From Leptolyngbyaceae cyanobacterium (lineage in GTDB: Bacteria; Cyanobacteriota; Cyanobacteriia; Phormidesmidales; Phormidesmidaceae), in assembly GCA_965263355.1 (NCBI GenBank), contig CBDHHL010000035.1:18255-82254 (forward strand): 64,000 bases of DNA, given 5' to 3'. The translations under genes were made by a program, and so were the position numbers. The notes below the pieces were generated by a model that was not told the DNA's origin, ran no database searches, and saw only the letters and a program-made list of their open reading frames with translations. Numbering within the stretch: position 1 is the first letter of the stretch; each line of letters starts with the position of its first letter. Shown here piece by piece: positions 63,886 to 64,000 of the stretch.

Positions 63886-64000
63886 CTAGCCACAAGACTA
63901 GTTTCCAAAATACCCCGGTGGAGAGTTGACAGCTGGCCACCGGGTACCCACCACAAAGGAAGGATAAATCGATGATACGACTATTATGCGTGACCATGCT

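Larger units (their letters stand above)
1..64000. mobile_element. Temperate tailed phage/prophage genome segment, probable cyanobacterial host
   Basis: Terminase, portal, protease, capsid, tail tube, tape measure, serine integrase, primase/helicase and RusA genes; no host core genes; HIP1 GCGATCGC at 522, 5555, 9680, 14472, 15773, 16732, 25963, 28932, 44150, 52353. Confidence 0.93.

Noticed and set aside
1..64000. Diversity-generating retroelement or retron
   Set aside because: No reverse transcriptase motifs in any ORF and no template/variable repeat pair noticed

Overview
The whole 64 kb reads as one temperate tailed phage or prophage with no host housekeeping genes. The host is probably a cyanobacterium: there are at least 10 HIP1 GCGATCGC sites, a DUF3854-type primase and an I-D-like CRISPR repeat. 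Modules from left to right: tail genes with tape measure (- strand, 1-7.6 kb); an island of small ORFs with repeated promoter/operator units (8-14 kb); terminase (-) divergent from a DUF1073-type portal / DUF2213-type protease / DUF2184-type capsid cluster with tail-tube genes (+, 17-38 kb); accessory genes (DNA MTase, PAS-EAL phosphodiesterase); a large serine integrase; a replication/modification operon (-, 47-59 kb); and a lambda-like divergent control region with early genes. Most notable: (1) a compact phage-borne type V CRISPR locus at 42.5-45.1 kb, with a 5-repeat array, leader with anti-repeat, a structured tracrRNA candidate, an RHH regulator and a 573-aa RuvC-intact Cas12/TnpB-family effector, no cas1/cas2, next to the integrase; (2) head-cluster proteins punctuated by [R/K/H]-x-D|[A/S/D/N] motifs, suggesting protease-processed capsid cargo polyproteins (ADP-ribosyltransferase-like domain fused to the portal, PPase-like domain, J-domain, repeated Cys tag); (3) possible coupling to host second messengers through an intact EAL domain and a near-consensus CRP box. 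All family assignments come from motif recognition by eye, not database searches.
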